This document shows, piece after piece, positions 63,758-64,000 of a stretch of DNA of 64,000 nucleotides. A program made the translations under genes and the position numbers. Within the stretch, counting starts at the first letter, position 1. Each line of letters opens with the position of its first letter. The DNA is taken from assembly GCF_001194135.2 (NCBI RefSeq), contig NC_068983.1, forward strand, positions 50,010,759-50,074,758, in the 5' to 3' direction. This DNA is from Octopus bimaculoides (Eukaryota). The notes below the pieces were generated by a model. The model was not told where the DNA came from, did no database searches, and was given only the letters and a program-made list of their open reading frames with translations.

Positions 63758-64000
63758 GTAAGAAGACGGCACTTAAATATTTTTTAATTAGTTGAAATTA
63801 TGGTAGTATTGAGAGAAACTATTGCTACTTCTGAGGAAAATTAATCTCAGAAGGTCAAAGATGAGAACTTCAGAAATGTCTAGTGGCAGCACTTAAATAC
63901 AGGTAAGCAATTGGCTAAGTGTCTCTATTCATTCATTGGTAGATTTAGTGTCTGTTGAGATATTCAATGGGTTTGTTAGACTTCTGCAGCGTAGCACATT

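Overview
Eukaryotic, AT-rich, repeat-saturated draft-assembly sequence. It has 13 N-gaps, almost all abutting (TA)n/(CA)n tracts. The repeat repertoire (tRNA-headed SINEs, Penelope-like relics, Tc1/mariner and hAT MITEs, very long simple repeats) looks to me like an octopod cephalopod genome; that is recognition-based inference, not a database result. No intact protein-coding gene, rRNA, functional tRNA or CRISPR array can be supported. Nearly all ORFs in the supplied track are artefacts of gaps or microsatellites. The recognisable coding relics are mariner/Tc1/Tigger transposase fragments, Penelope GIY-YIG/RT fragments and a decayed LINE RT. A few short exon-like segments suggest a large-intron host gene, but its strand and product are unresolved. 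The most interesting signal is a set of nine minimal type I hammerhead-ribozyme motifs from about four repeat families. One family is a ~285-bp element that joins a tRNA-like Pol III head to a hammerhead-containing Penelope-type tail. It has an intact-core copy at 61471-61754 and a head-to-head inverted pair at 32462-32880.
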